Both the position numbers and the translations under genes were made by a program. Positions 40,655 to 49,945 of a stretch of 64,000 nt of DNA are shown in pieces. The notes below the pieces were generated by a model. The model was not told the DNA's origin, searched no databases, and saw nothing but the letters and a program-made list of their open reading frames with translations. This DNA comes from Tubiluchus corallicola. Its lineage: Eukaryota > Animalia > Priapulida. The first letter of the stretch is position 1. Every line of letters begins with the position of its first letter. The DNA lies in NCBI GenBank assembly GCA_030141605.1, contig JAQGDQ010002390.1, forward strand, positions 88,945 to 152,944. The letters run 5' to 3'.

Positions 40655-40741
40655 TGGAACTCCTTAAATTGTCATGTTTTTCTATTTGCATTTTTCATCA
40701 TTTCTCTATAAAGTTTACTATCGTATCACCTTAAAATCAAA

Positions 40742-41548
40742 ATGAATAAAAAGATCGTGCCCATGCTCTCTCAAATCGATGGACGTATTAACTTTATCGG
40801 CCTTTGGACCCTGTATGTAAAAGAAGTCCACCGCTTTACAAAAGTGTTCATACAAGCCGTTCTCGCTCCCGTTATAACAGCATGGTTGTTCCTGATAGTC
40901 TTCGCTTTCGCCATGACAAACAGAGTTGCGGCAAACGATACCGTTCCCTACCTCACCTTCCTCGCCCCGGGATTGATGATGATGTCCATACTGCAAAACG
41001 CTTTCGCCAATACATCAACCTCCCTGATGATTGGAAAAATGCAACGCAATATCGTCGATATCCTTATGCCACCCCTCTCCCCAGGAGAACTCACCATAGC
41101 GTTTATCGCCGGCGGAATCACACGGGGAATCGTCGTCGCCCTCTTTACCGCCCTTGGAATCCTTCCCTTTATTGATCTCCCCATAACACACCTCTGGGCC
41201 GTCCTGTATTTCTCTATCATGGCCTCCGCCATGATGGCCTCCATGGGAATTATCGGCGGAATCATCGCCATTAAATGGGACCACCTTTCCGCATTTACAA
41301 ATTTCATCATCACGCCCCTTTCCTTTCTGTCCGGGACTTTCTATTCCACTCAGCAGCTACCCGCAGGCTTAAAACTCGTCGCTCATATGAACCCCTTCTT
41401 CTATGTTATCGACGGATTCCGATACGGATTCATCGGGCAATCCGACAGCTCTATCCTTACAGGCGTCATCATAACACTCCTTATCAACATCATTTTGGGG
41501 CTTACATGCTATCAAATGTTTAAAGTCGGCTTCCGACTGAAATCATAA
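40742..41548 (+). CDS. ABC-2 type transporter permease (YadH-like)
   Basis: LWTLY.KEV.RF, FLAPGL, PLSFLSGTFY, NPFFYVIDGFRY. Confidence 0.92.
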   Translation: MNKKIVPMLSQIDGRINFIGLWTLYVKEVHRFTKVFIQAVLAPVITAWLFLIVFAFAMTNRVAANDTVPYLTFLAPGLMMMSILQNAFANTSTSLMIGKMQRNIVDILMPPLSPGELTIAFIAGGITRGIVVALFTALGILPFIDLPITHLWAVLYFSIMASAMMASMGIIGGIIAIKWDHLSAFTNFIITPLSFLSGTFYSTQQLPAGLKLVAHMNPFFYVIDGFRYGFIGQSDSSILTGVIITLLINIILGLTCYQMFKVGFRLKS

Positions 41549-41614
41549 CATCCCTCGCCTTTTGTCCTACTGTCTATTCCATGACATCCCACTTCAAGGA
41601 GTTTAACAAAAATC

Positions 41615-42541
41615 ATGACAAACGATCACTTCCATATCCCTCAGGAAGACTTTATCCTTCCTTTTCAAATCGAAGGAACCACCTTTAGAACCCGCCTGAT
41701 CCGATTGGGAAACAGCCTAGAAACAATTTTAAAAGCCCACCAATATCCACCCGTAACACAAAAATCCCTATCAGAAATCGTCGCGCTGGCATGCGCTTTC
41801 GCATCCCTTCTGAAATTTGAAGGAAAATTCAGCCTGCAGATTCAAGGCAATGGGCCCATTGCCTTCGCTGCCGCGGACATCACCTCAAAAGGTGCCCTGC
41901 GCGCCTATGCCCGCCACCAGAAAAATATCCCTCCGGAAGATATACAACAGCTCTCGAAAAAAAAGACCCTCTCTACTACCGATATCTTCGGAGAAGGGCA
42001 TATGATTTTTACCGTAGAGCACGAAAATATGCCAACACCTTGGCAAGGAATCGCCGCCCTCACAAAAACCACCCTCGCTCAATGCGCACAAGAATGGTTT
42101 ATGGCATCCGATCAGCTCCCGACAAAAATCTTCCTATTCTCGCCACCATACGACAATGAGACCCTCTCCATGAAAGCCGCGGCGATGATACTGCAAAAAA
42201 TCCCCCTTAAAGCCCTCTCTTCCGAAGAGCAATCCCAGGAAAAAGAAAATTGGCAGCGCATAACTCTCCTAGCAAAAACACTCACAGCAGAAGAAGCCCT
42301 TAATCCACTCCTTTCTCCCGATCAGCTCCTGCTTCGACTCTTTCATGAGGAAGGGTGCCGGCTTTTTGCCCCCAGAACACTGTTTCACCAATGTACATGC
42401 TCACGCGATAAAATGAACGCTACGCTCCTCGCCCTCCCACCACAAGAGCTGAAAAATATGACCGATAATAACATAATTACAATGACATGCGAGTTTTGTA
42501 ACCATACAGAAATCTTCCCCTATGACGAAATTACTCACTAA
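41615..42541 (+). CDS. hslO: Hsp33 redox chaperone
   Basis: LQIQGNGP, SDQL, Zn centre CTCS...CEFC. Confidence 0.93.
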   Translation: MTNDHFHIPQEDFILPFQIEGTTFRTRLIRLGNSLETILKAHQYPPVTQKSLSEIVALACAFASLLKFEGKFSLQIQGNGPIAFAAADITSKGALRAYARHQKNIPPEDIQQLSKKKTLSTTDIFGEGHMIFTVEHENMPTPWQGIAALTKTTLAQCAQEWFMASDQLPTKIFLFSPPYDNETLSMKAAAMILQKIPLKALSSEEQSQEKENWQRITLLAKTLTAEEALNPLLSPDQLLLRLFHEEGCRLFAPRTLFHQCTCSRDKMNATLLALPPQELKNMTDNNIITMTCEFCNHTEIFPYDEITH

Positions 42542-42706
42542 ATTACTCAAGCATATCCATTGGTATTTATTAAAATATTGATTGCACTCTTGAAAACCGC
42601 CGTAAAAAATTTTCCAAAATTCAGCTGGAAAGTCTTATCTTAAATTCCACCTCTTTACCTACTACAAATAATTCCCCCACCAAAAAACATCACCGCTACA
42701 GGAAAA

Positions 42707-43645
42707 TTACGACGATACTACATCATAAATCATCTTATACCTTGTATAAAAAAAATAATCACTATGACGATGAATACTCAATACCTGGCTATGAGGGACA
42801 TTATCTATGGAAAAAGAAGGCGCCTTCGCTCCAATAGTCAGCGCCTGCCCACCAATAAAAATAGAAGACTGATTTAAAAAAAGCTCATCAAGCATACGAT
42901 ACCGCATCATACCCATTAAAAATGTCGGGCTTTCATTAAGCAGACGATCGATCCCTATCCGCTTGAGTACTCGTAGCAAATAGAGAATATCAATACCATC
43001 ATGGTTACCACAGGAAAGAAGCGCTAATGACCCCCTCAAAGGAGAAAGCGCGCTTATCTTTGGCGCTTGCCCTAAATCAAGAAATGGCCGCGGTAATTTT
43101 TTTCTCATAGCCTCGTGCCCTAAAGGCGTCGTGACAACAAGCGTCGCAATTGCATCATTAGTAATAATTTGGCTTTCATAAGGAAAATCAGCGCCATCAA
43201 AAGAAACAATAACATGCAGCGGAACCGCAGCACGACCTTCACGGACACGCTGCTCTTCTAAATCAACATCAAAAATACAACCCGTCAGAGCAGGTTCTTC
43301 TTTTATCGTTTTATCACCCATCAATACAGCATCGGACGCAGCGCGCAGTAAATTCAAAACCCAATAATCACATAAACCACCGTCAGGATCCATTTTGTTC
43401 TGCTTTGCAATCAGTGCCCCATCCGGATCTTCAGGAAAAGCAATACGCCCGTCAATAGAAACAACGTAAGAGCCAAAAGTATAGGGGCGTGTTCGCGGTA
43501 TAGGAGGAAATAGAAAATCACCATATACCTTCCGCACTTTTTCACAGGAAAGAACCCGCTCGCTAAAATCCTCTAAAGAAGAACTTTTATAAATAGACGT
43601 GAGTTTAATTTTTTCCGCGGGAAAATCTTTTTTTAAATGAATCAT
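42707..43645 (-). CDS. RibD C-terminal (DHFR-fold) reductase-like protein A
   Basis: RPY..S..VSIDGRIA, LRAASDAVLMG, LLNES, LDELFL...IGG; no deaminase domain. AAGGAG precedes ATG 43645. Confidence 0.8.
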   Translation of the reverse strand: MIHLKKDFPAEKIKLTSIYKSSSLEDFSERVLSCEKVRKVYGDFLFPPIPRTRPYTFGSYVVSIDGRIAFPEDPDGALIAKQNKMDPDGGLCDYWVLNLLRAASDAVLMGDKTIKEEPALTGCIFDVDLEEQRVREGRAAVPLHVIVSFDGADFPYESQIITNDAIATLVVTTPLGHEAMRKKLPRPFLDLGQAPKISALSPLRGSLALLSCGNHDGIDILYLLRVLKRIGIDRLLNESPTFLMGMMRYRMLDELFLNQSSIFIGGQALTIGAKAPSFSIDNVPHSQVLSIHRHSDYFFYTRYKMIYDVVSS

Positions 43646-43751
43646 TATATGCTCCTTACCGTTAAAAGCCTTTAAGATGAATGACCTCTCATACCATGAC
43701 TGCCATCCCGCCCATTTCACACTGAAAAATTCCAGCGATACACTCAGATAA

Positions 43752-43780
43752 ATTATAACGACATGCGCCCTCGCGCGTAA
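43752..43780 (-). promoter_or_regulatory. possible internal sigma70 promoter for RibD-like A
   Basis: The minus strand reads TTACGC-17nt-TATAAT. Confidence 0.35.
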
Positions 43781-44035
43781 AACACGCAACCGCAAGATGT
43801 TGACACTATTAGGGCAGGCTTCTCTACAAAGGCAGAAACTACAGGTTTTTATGAAATATATCAGCCCGCGGCATATCCGGCTTTGTTTCTTTTTTAGAGT
43901 TGCGTAAAACCCCTTTCATAACGGGAATAAAGCAAAAGAACGCTTTTGTAAAATTTCTGCGCAAAATGGTAAATCCGTTTAAATCAAATCAGCATGACAA
44001 TAACATGTATCGCCCTTTAGCATAGATGCCTATTC

Positions 44036-45022
44036 CTATAGTTTCTTTGCCTCTGTTATATTGTAAATAAATAAATGACGAAAGAAGAAAAAATGCGCAT
44101 TGGCAGCATGGGCAGATACTACTTCAGTATGAGGATGATCCGATGACGTATAACTATCACCGAATTTACCAAGACTCATAGCGTCACCACCAATATACAC
44201 ACAAGACATATTTAAAAAGAACTCATCCATAAATTCTTGCGTCGTCAGATAATGCCCATAGGCCGGCGATTCAACTAAAATATATCGATAGTTCGCCCGC
44301 CTGATAAGAAACATAAATAAAGATGTATCAGGCATACTGTTTGTACCCGTAACAATGACAAGAGTACGCTCCTTAGATATTTGCCGCAACGCTTTGCTGA
44401 TTGTCGTTTGCTCCTTAAGGGCAAACTCTTTATCACCATAAGGACCAAGAATATCAAAGGGCAGACGCATAGATCGCTGTATATGCGCTAATCCATCCGG
44501 CGATGTCATAATGATAACAGGATGCTCCGCCGAAGAAAATATCATATGATCAAGAGGAATATCCCGCGCATCCAAACTGACAACAATATGCAAAGGAACT
44601 CTTCCCAATCCCGCTTGTATACGGGCATCCTCAAGCTCCTTATCATAGATATGCATGGAATATTCAGGATCATCCCGCAAAGAATTCCCCCCAATAATAG
44701 AGGCGTCGCTTACAGCCCGTAGAGCGTTAAGCATCCAAAAATCAGCTGTTTTTCCTCCTTCTGCCAGCAAGTTCTTAGCGGCAATATAAAAAGGGCTCGG
44801 GCGATCCTTATACGCGATCTTACCATCAATAGATGTTACATAAGACGAAAAAAGATAAGGACGATGCGCCGGCGCCTCTGGAAAAGAGAGAGAAGCGCCC
44901 AATATATCATTAATTTTTGATGATTTAATCGGCGTATGGGAAAAACATTCCTTTTTTACATTACTGAAAATAGGCGTAAGTCGAATTTCCTCAGTAGGAA
45001 AATCGAAATAAGAAAAACGCAT
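44036..45022 (-). CDS. RibD C-terminal (DHFR-fold) reductase-like protein B
   Basis: RPYLFSSYVTSIDGKIA, LRAVSDASIIG, ILVES, MDEFFL...IGG; paralog of A. AAAGGAG precedes ATG 45022. Confidence 0.8.
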   Translation of the reverse strand: MRFSYFDFPTEEIRLTPIFSNVKKECFSHTPIKSSKINDILGASLSFPEAPAHRPYLFSSYVTSIDGKIAYKDRPSPFYIAAKNLLAEGGKTADFWMLNALRAVSDASIIGGNSLRDDPEYSMHIYDKELEDARIQAGLGRVPLHIVVSLDARDIPLDHMIFSSAEHPVIIMTSPDGLAHIQRSMRLPFDILGPYGDKEFALKEQTTISKALRQISKERTLVIVTGTNSMPDTSLFMFLIRRANYRYILVESPAYGHYLTTQEFMDEFFLNMSCVYIGGDAMSLGKFGDSYTSSDHPHTEVVSAHAANAHFFFFRHLFIYNITEAKKL

Positions 45023-45035
45023 AATAAAATCTCCT

Positions 45036-46460
45036 TTAAGATAATTGATCCATAAGATACACACAGCGCATATGCCGCCGAAATAAGGAATCATACTGTC
45101 GTTGGTTTTTCTCATTTGGGATAATTGTCTCTTGGCGCAAAAACCATTTATTCGACAAATCCTCAAAACAACGGATATACCCCGTGGCAAAACCAGATAA
45201 AAAAGCAATGCCCAAAGCTGTCTGATTCTGATCAGAATACTGTAACGAACGACCAAGAACATCCGCGATAATCTGCCGAAAAACAGAGCTATTAGCACCG
45301 CCACCAGTAATATTAATATGGGTTATTTTATGAGAGTAATCCTGCAAATTGCTTCGTATATTATAGGCAACTCCCTCTAAAACAGCACGATATAAATGCC
45401 CCTTATGATGAAACGGGCGCATACCAAGAATATATTCCGCATCCTTTTCTTTCTTGCCCGCCTCCGGCTGTTGCTTATAGTGGGTTATATAATGAACCCC
45501 TTCACAACCAGGAACACTGTCATTGGCCATCGCGTTTAGCATATCCCAATCCTTATGAGACGTTAAGGCGCGAAAATGCTCCATGCTCTCGCCACAAGAG
45601 AGAATACGCCCAACAAAATGCGCGCGCCCCTCACAGAAATGAAAACTACTCATCAATTGCTCCGGCGATTGCAACGCGTGAATAAGCGTCGCGGACGTGC
45701 CAAGGTAAATCATTAATTGACCCGCCCCTAAAACACCCCCCCCTAACATAGAACTAAAAGAATCTCCCGTGCCAGTAATAACCTGACATTTTTCCGATAA
45801 GCCAAGCTCCTTGCGCATAGATTCCCGCACCTTGCCTAATACATGATTAGAAGCATATGGAGGAGGAAAAAGACGCTGATCCAAACCTAACGCTTCAATA
45901 ACTTGATGATTCCATCTATGGGCATTGGTATCAAATACACCGCCAACAATACACGCGGTGTCATAATCACAACTAACGTTACCAGTGAGCTTATAAGCAA
46001 GATATCCATGAGGAACAAGAACATTGGCCGCTTTCGCGTAAATATCAGGCATATTATTTTTTATCCACAAAATCTTCGGAAGCATAAATCCATGATGAAT
46101 AGGAGAAGATAAACACTTGTTGATAAAGGACAGCTCTTTTTGCGCTCGAGTATCTGTATGCATGATAATGGGATGCAAAGGCTCTTCTCGTGCGTCAACT
46201 AAAACAACACCCGGCACATAACCGGTGAAACCTATGGCGACAATATCTTTTGAATCAACGCCTCCTTGCGTACATAAACCTTGTATGCTCTCCTTAAACT
46301 CTTGCCATAATTGGTGCGCGTTTTGCTCTTGATAACCCGGTTTAGGCGTTTCTATCTGATGCGGGAAATGCTGCCGCGCGACAACATCCCCATCAACCGT
46401 CGTTAAAATAGCCTTTGCGCCCAGCGAGCCCGCATCAAACCCTATTAGATACTTAACCAT
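45036..46460 (-). CDS. FGGY-family carbohydrate kinase (xylulokinase-like)
   Basis: GFDAGS..KA, EQ, DTRA, PKILW, GTGD, LGTS, RAVLEGVA, TGGGANS. Confidence 0.9.
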   Translation of the reverse strand: MVKYLIGFDAGSLGAKAILTTVDGDVVARQHFPHQIETPKPGYQEQNAHQLWQEFKESIQGLCTQGGVDSKDIVAIGFTGYVPGVVLVDAREEPLHPIIMHTDTRAQKELSFINKCLSSPIHHGFMLPKILWIKNNMPDIYAKAANVLVPHGYLAYKLTGNVSCDYDTACIVGGVFDTNAHRWNHQVIEALGLDQRLFPPPYASNHVLGKVRESMRKELGLSEKCQVITGTGDSFSSMLGGGVLGAGQLMIYLGTSATLIHALQSPEQLMSSFHFCEGRAHFVGRILSCGESMEHFRALTSHKDWDMLNAMANDSVPGCEGVHYITHYKQQPEAGKKEKDAEYILGMRPFHHKGHLYRAVLEGVAYNIRSNLQDYSHKITHINITGGGANSSVFRQIIADVLGRSLQYSDQNQTALGIAFLSGFATGYIRCFEDLSNKWFLRQETIIPNEKNQRQYDSLFRRHMRCVYLMDQLS

Positions 46461-46492
46461 CTTTTTCCCTCCCTTTACCTAGGGTATGCGCG

Positions 46493-47515
46493 CTAAAAAG
46501 TCAAAACAACACGATAACTCTCCAACGAAGCGGCGCGCTCAAAGGCCTCATCCAGCCGCTGAAGCGTAAATAAAGCAGATACAAGCCCCTCTAATGGCAA
46601 CGTCCCCTGGTTAACTAAAGCAACAGCACGCCGAAACGTATCTCTTGAATGTTTGGTTACACCCGTCAGATTAATTTCGTTATAATGCAATAGCTTGGGA
46701 TCAAGTGAGATAACATCCTCCTTCCCCGTGCCGCCATAAATAACACACGTTCCACCAAACGCCAATAAATCAATAGACTGGCTAATGGCACGATGACCAC
46801 CAGCTGTAAAAAAGGCGGCGTTCGCTCCAATGGAAGAAAGAGACAGTACAGTTTCCTCCAACTTGCCCGGAGATACAGAATAATGAATACCAAACGCCTT
46901 TGCTTTTTCACGACGCGCACCATCGGGCTCACTTAAAACAACTGTCGCACCTCGATCCTGCGCCAAGAAGGCATGCAAAATACCCATAATACCACCACCA
47001 GTAACAATAGCGACATCTCCCAGCTGCAATTGAGCTTTATCAATACTTCTGATAACACAGGCCAGCGGCTCACAAAGCGTCGCGACAGATAATTCGGTAC
47101 CGTCCCAAAGTTTATAGACTTCATAATCCCTAGCCAGAAAATATTCCGCATATCCAGCAGGACCATTATAACCGGCAATCATCGATTCATCGCTAGCGTT
47201 AAGACATAAATTATCTAAACCACGTTGACAATAGGCGCAATGACCGCATCGCGTCAGGCTGGCCACGGCCACCTTATCACCAACAGCAAGATCTCTTGTT
47301 TTTATATTGCCGCCAATCTCTTCAATAACTCCGCTAATCTCATGACCGCCAATAAAAGGAAAAATATCACCATACCCACCGCTGAGTATTTTCCGCTCCC
47401 ATGTGCATATACCAGCCGCTTTTATTTTGACCAATATACGATCATCACCGCAAATAGGCTTGTCTACATCCGCAATAGCAAGTTCATTCGCCTTGGGCAT
47501 AACAACAATCTTCAT
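46493..47515 (-). CDS. Zn-dependent polyol/sugar dehydrogenase (MDR family)
   Basis: GIC, GHE, CGHCAYC..G..NLC, EPLAC, GGGIMG. Confidence 0.9.
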   Translation of the reverse strand: MKIVVMPKANELAIADVDKPICGDDRILVKIKAAGICTWERKILSGGYGDIFPFIGGHEISGVIEEIGGNIKTRDLAVGDKVAVASLTRCGHCAYCQRGLDNLCLNASDESMIAGYNGPAGYAEYFLARDYEVYKLWDGTELSVATLCEPLACVIRSIDKAQLQLGDVAIVTGGGIMGILHAFLAQDRGATVVLSEPDGARREKAKAFGIHYSVSPGKLEETVLSLSSIGANAAFFTAGGHRAISQSIDLLAFGGTCVIYGGTGKEDVISLDPKLLHYNEINLTGVTKHSRDTFRRAVALVNQGTLPLEGLVSALFTLQRLDEAFERAASLESYRVVLTF

Positions 47516-47526
47516 TGATATCTCCT

Positions 47527-48312
47527 TTATTCTTCCATCAAAATGGATTCAGCGTCATTTACAGTAGCATCATCATGAATAATCGCCGCAACGGCTTTTG
47601 TCATAGCCACAGGATTATCAGCTCCCCAAATATTACGCCCAATAGCAACACCAGCGGCGCCAACATCTATAGCCGTTCGGATAGAAGCAAAAAATCCCCG
47701 GTGATCATCACTTTTACTCCCGCCTAATATGACAACAGGGCAAAAACTCTCTTCAATAACTTTTTCATAACCATCCGCATAAGGAGCCTTGATGAAATCA
47801 ACACCAATCTCACTACCAATACGACAATCAGCGGCAATATGCTTTAATGTCCGAAAAGAGGGGTCACCGTCAAACCCTCCGGGAACCATTTCACCGCATA
47901 CAGGCATACCAAGAGGATCACACTCAGCGACCAAACGCGCTATGGAAGGAAAGGTCTTTTCCTCAACGCCAATCCCCTGACCTCCATTGACAATCACAGC
48001 GTCAGCCCCTAAACGCAGAGCGTAATCCGCGTCAAATACCTTACGACTATCATGCCCTTGACCAGACATAGTCGGTGGTAAATCCGTGCGTGCTATAAGA
48101 CCAATATCAGCAAGCTCCGCGCTAAAACGACGAATAACACCCATGTTAGCAATAACAGCGTCAGCGCCACCTTGAACAACTCTCTCAATAGTTTCTCCAG
48201 GGCAAATAAGACCAGGAGACGCGCCATTGAAAGTACCATGATCCATAGCCACAATCAGGGTTTTCTTATCTTTTTTGAATATCCGTCTTAAACGTCTTGT
48301 TTTATCCATCAT
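47527..48312 (-). CDS. class I aldolase, DhnA/LsrF family
   Basis: IVAMDHG, GADAV, Schiff-base Lys in DFIKAPY, VVILGG, GRNIW. Confidence 0.88.
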   Translation of the reverse strand: MMDKTRRLRRIFKKDKKTLIVAMDHGTFNGASPGLICPGETIERVVQGGADAVIANMGVIRRFSAELADIGLIARTDLPPTMSGQGHDSRKVFDADYALRLGADAVIVNGGQGIGVEEKTFPSIARLVAECDPLGMPVCGEMVPGGFDGDPSFRTLKHIAADCRIGSEIGVDFIKAPYADGYEKVIEESFCPVVILGGSKSDDHRGFFASIRTAIDVGAAGVAIGRNIWGADNPVAMTKAVAAIIHDDATVNDAESILMEE

Positions 48313-48352
48313 TTTATCCTTTATTTACATTTTATATTAAGGTTCTTACTCT

Positions 48353-49060
48353 TTATAACTCCCGCTCGATAGAATAGAGATCACTACGATACCAACTATG
48401 GCAAAATTCTATAGGTCTCCCATCCTCAAGAAGAGATATACGTTCAATATTCAATATAGGATATCCCGGATGCACGCCCAAAAGGCTCGCTTTTGTATCA
48501 TCAGCTAAAACAGCATTGATTTTTTCTTTAATACGAGCAATCGTATGGCCAGTAATTTTGCGTATACCTTCATACAGAGATTCTGTTCGATAATCAAAAC
48601 GAAACAAATCAGGGCAATGAATAGCAGGAACAATCGCTTCCTGCACAACTAAAGGCATATTATTCACAATGCGTAAACGCTCCAACACAAAGACTTCTTT
48701 ATTCTTGTGTGATAAAGAGAGCTTCCCAGCCACCTCTTTTGACGCAACCATTATCTCCTTTCTCCAAATAACATTCGTTATTTGATACTTTTTTTGCTCC
48801 ATAGAGTCTTTAAGGCTATAGGTTTGTAGCGTATCAATACGTGGTTTATTCACAAATGTACCAGAACCTTGTTTGCGTGTAAGATATCCGTCAAAAACAA
48901 GAGCATCCAAAGCTTTACGCACAGTCATTCTGCTGATTTGATGTTGTTTCGCCAGTGCTGCTTCTGGCAAAATTCGTTCACCAACCTTATACTTGCCTAA
49001 TACAATATCAGAACGGATATCCTCATACAGTTTTTTATAAGCAACAACTGAAGTACTCAT
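48353..49060 (-). CDS. GntR family regulator, HutC/UTRA subfamily
   Basis: wHTH (E..LA....SRMTVRKAL..L...G...RKQGSGTFV) plus UTRA domain (LERLR, SLY, GRPIEF). Confidence 0.93.
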   Translation of the reverse strand: MSTSVVAYKKLYEDIRSDIVLGKYKVGERILPEAALAKQHQISRMTVRKALDALVFDGYLTRKQGSGTFVNKPRIDTLQTYSLKDSMEQKKYQITNVIWRKEIMVASKEVAGKLSLSHKNKEVFVLERLRIVNNMPLVVQEAIVPAIHCPDLFRFDYRTESLYEGIRKITGHTIARIKEKINAVLADDTKASLLGVHPGYPILNIERISLLEDGRPIEFCHSWYRSDLYSIEREL

Positions 49061-49142
49061 TAACTATTCCTTTCTTTATTTCATGCAGATACAATATCTT
49101 ATCATAAAAATATCCGCATAATATAAAGAACCTCCCACAGCG

Positions 49143-49943
49143 CTATTTCAAAATAATACCACCATCTACCTCTATAGACTGACCTGTTAAAAAACGTGAA
49201 TCATCCGACGCTAAAAAAGCGATAACACCAGCTTGTTCCCATGGCTCCGCATTCCTTTTTAGCGCCGTATCTTGCGCCCGCATATCAAGCCACTCTTCGC
49301 CGCTCATATCACAGTATTTCTGCCCAACCGTATCAGCGACCTGAAGAACCATTTTTGTCAGAGTGTTGCCGGGACAAAGAGAGTTAGCCGTTACACCATA
49401 CTCTCCCAACTCCATGGCGACAGAACGGGTAAGACCTATAACACCTGATTTAGATGCTGAATATTCAGCCGTGCCCGGCCAACTGGTATTGCCAGCCATA
49501 GAGGAAACATTGATAATGCTACCAGAACGCTGCTGCTTCATAATAGGCGCAACCGCCTGATTATATAAAAACGTACCGGTAAGATTGATGTCTATCAATT
49601 TCTGCCATTGAGTAAACGGAACTTTGTCAAGATCCGCGCCCGTATAAATACCAGCCGAACATACTAATACATCTATCCTGTCAAATACGCTCATTGCTTT
49701 TTCGACCGCTTTTTTCGCCAACCCCTCTGTCTCAACAGGCTGATTGATAACACACGTTTCCACCCCATACGCGTCACGACACTGTCGTGCGGTTTTCTCA
49801 TTTTCTTCCGCGTTATGATCAACACAGATAATATGAGCACCCTCTTTTGCAAAACGATAGGCCGCCGCCTCTCCAATACCCGTCGCAGAACCGGTAATCA
49901 TTACAACACTATCGGTAAACCGCTTCATGTTTGCGTGTTTCAT
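49143..49943 (-). CDS. SDR family oxidoreductase (sugar/polyol dehydrogenase-like)
   Basis: TGSATGIG, SAG, INVSS, YSASK, CPG, TGQSIEVDGG. Confidence 0.92.
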   Translation of the reverse strand: MKHANMKRFTDSVVMITGSATGIGEAAAYRFAKEGAHIICVDHNAEENEKTARQCRDAYGVETCVINQPVETEGLAKKAVEKAMSVFDRIDVLVCSAGIYTGADLDKVPFTQWQKLIDINLTGTFLYNQAVAPIMKQQRSGSIINVSSMAGNTSWPGTAEYSASKSGVIGLTRSVAMELGEYGVTANSLCPGNTLTKMVLQVADTVGQKYCDMSGEEWLDMRAQDTALKRNAEPWEQAGVIAFLASDDSRFLTGQSIEVDGGIILK

Positions 49944-49945
49944 TG

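Noticed and set aside
42688-42700. CATCACCGCTACA resembling the tRNA-Gly 3' end (possible att site)
   Set aside because: One indel plus a mismatch in 13 nt, and the DNA between it and the tRNA holds housekeeping genes.
43646-44035. FMN riboswitch upstream of RibD-like A
   Set aside because: The conserved RFN segments were not found on the minus strand.
45023-45304. Long N-terminal extensions of the RibD-like ORFs in the track (to 45304 and 43795)
   Set aside because: They overlap the kinase gene or the spacer; strong SD sequences support ATG 45022 and ATG 43645.
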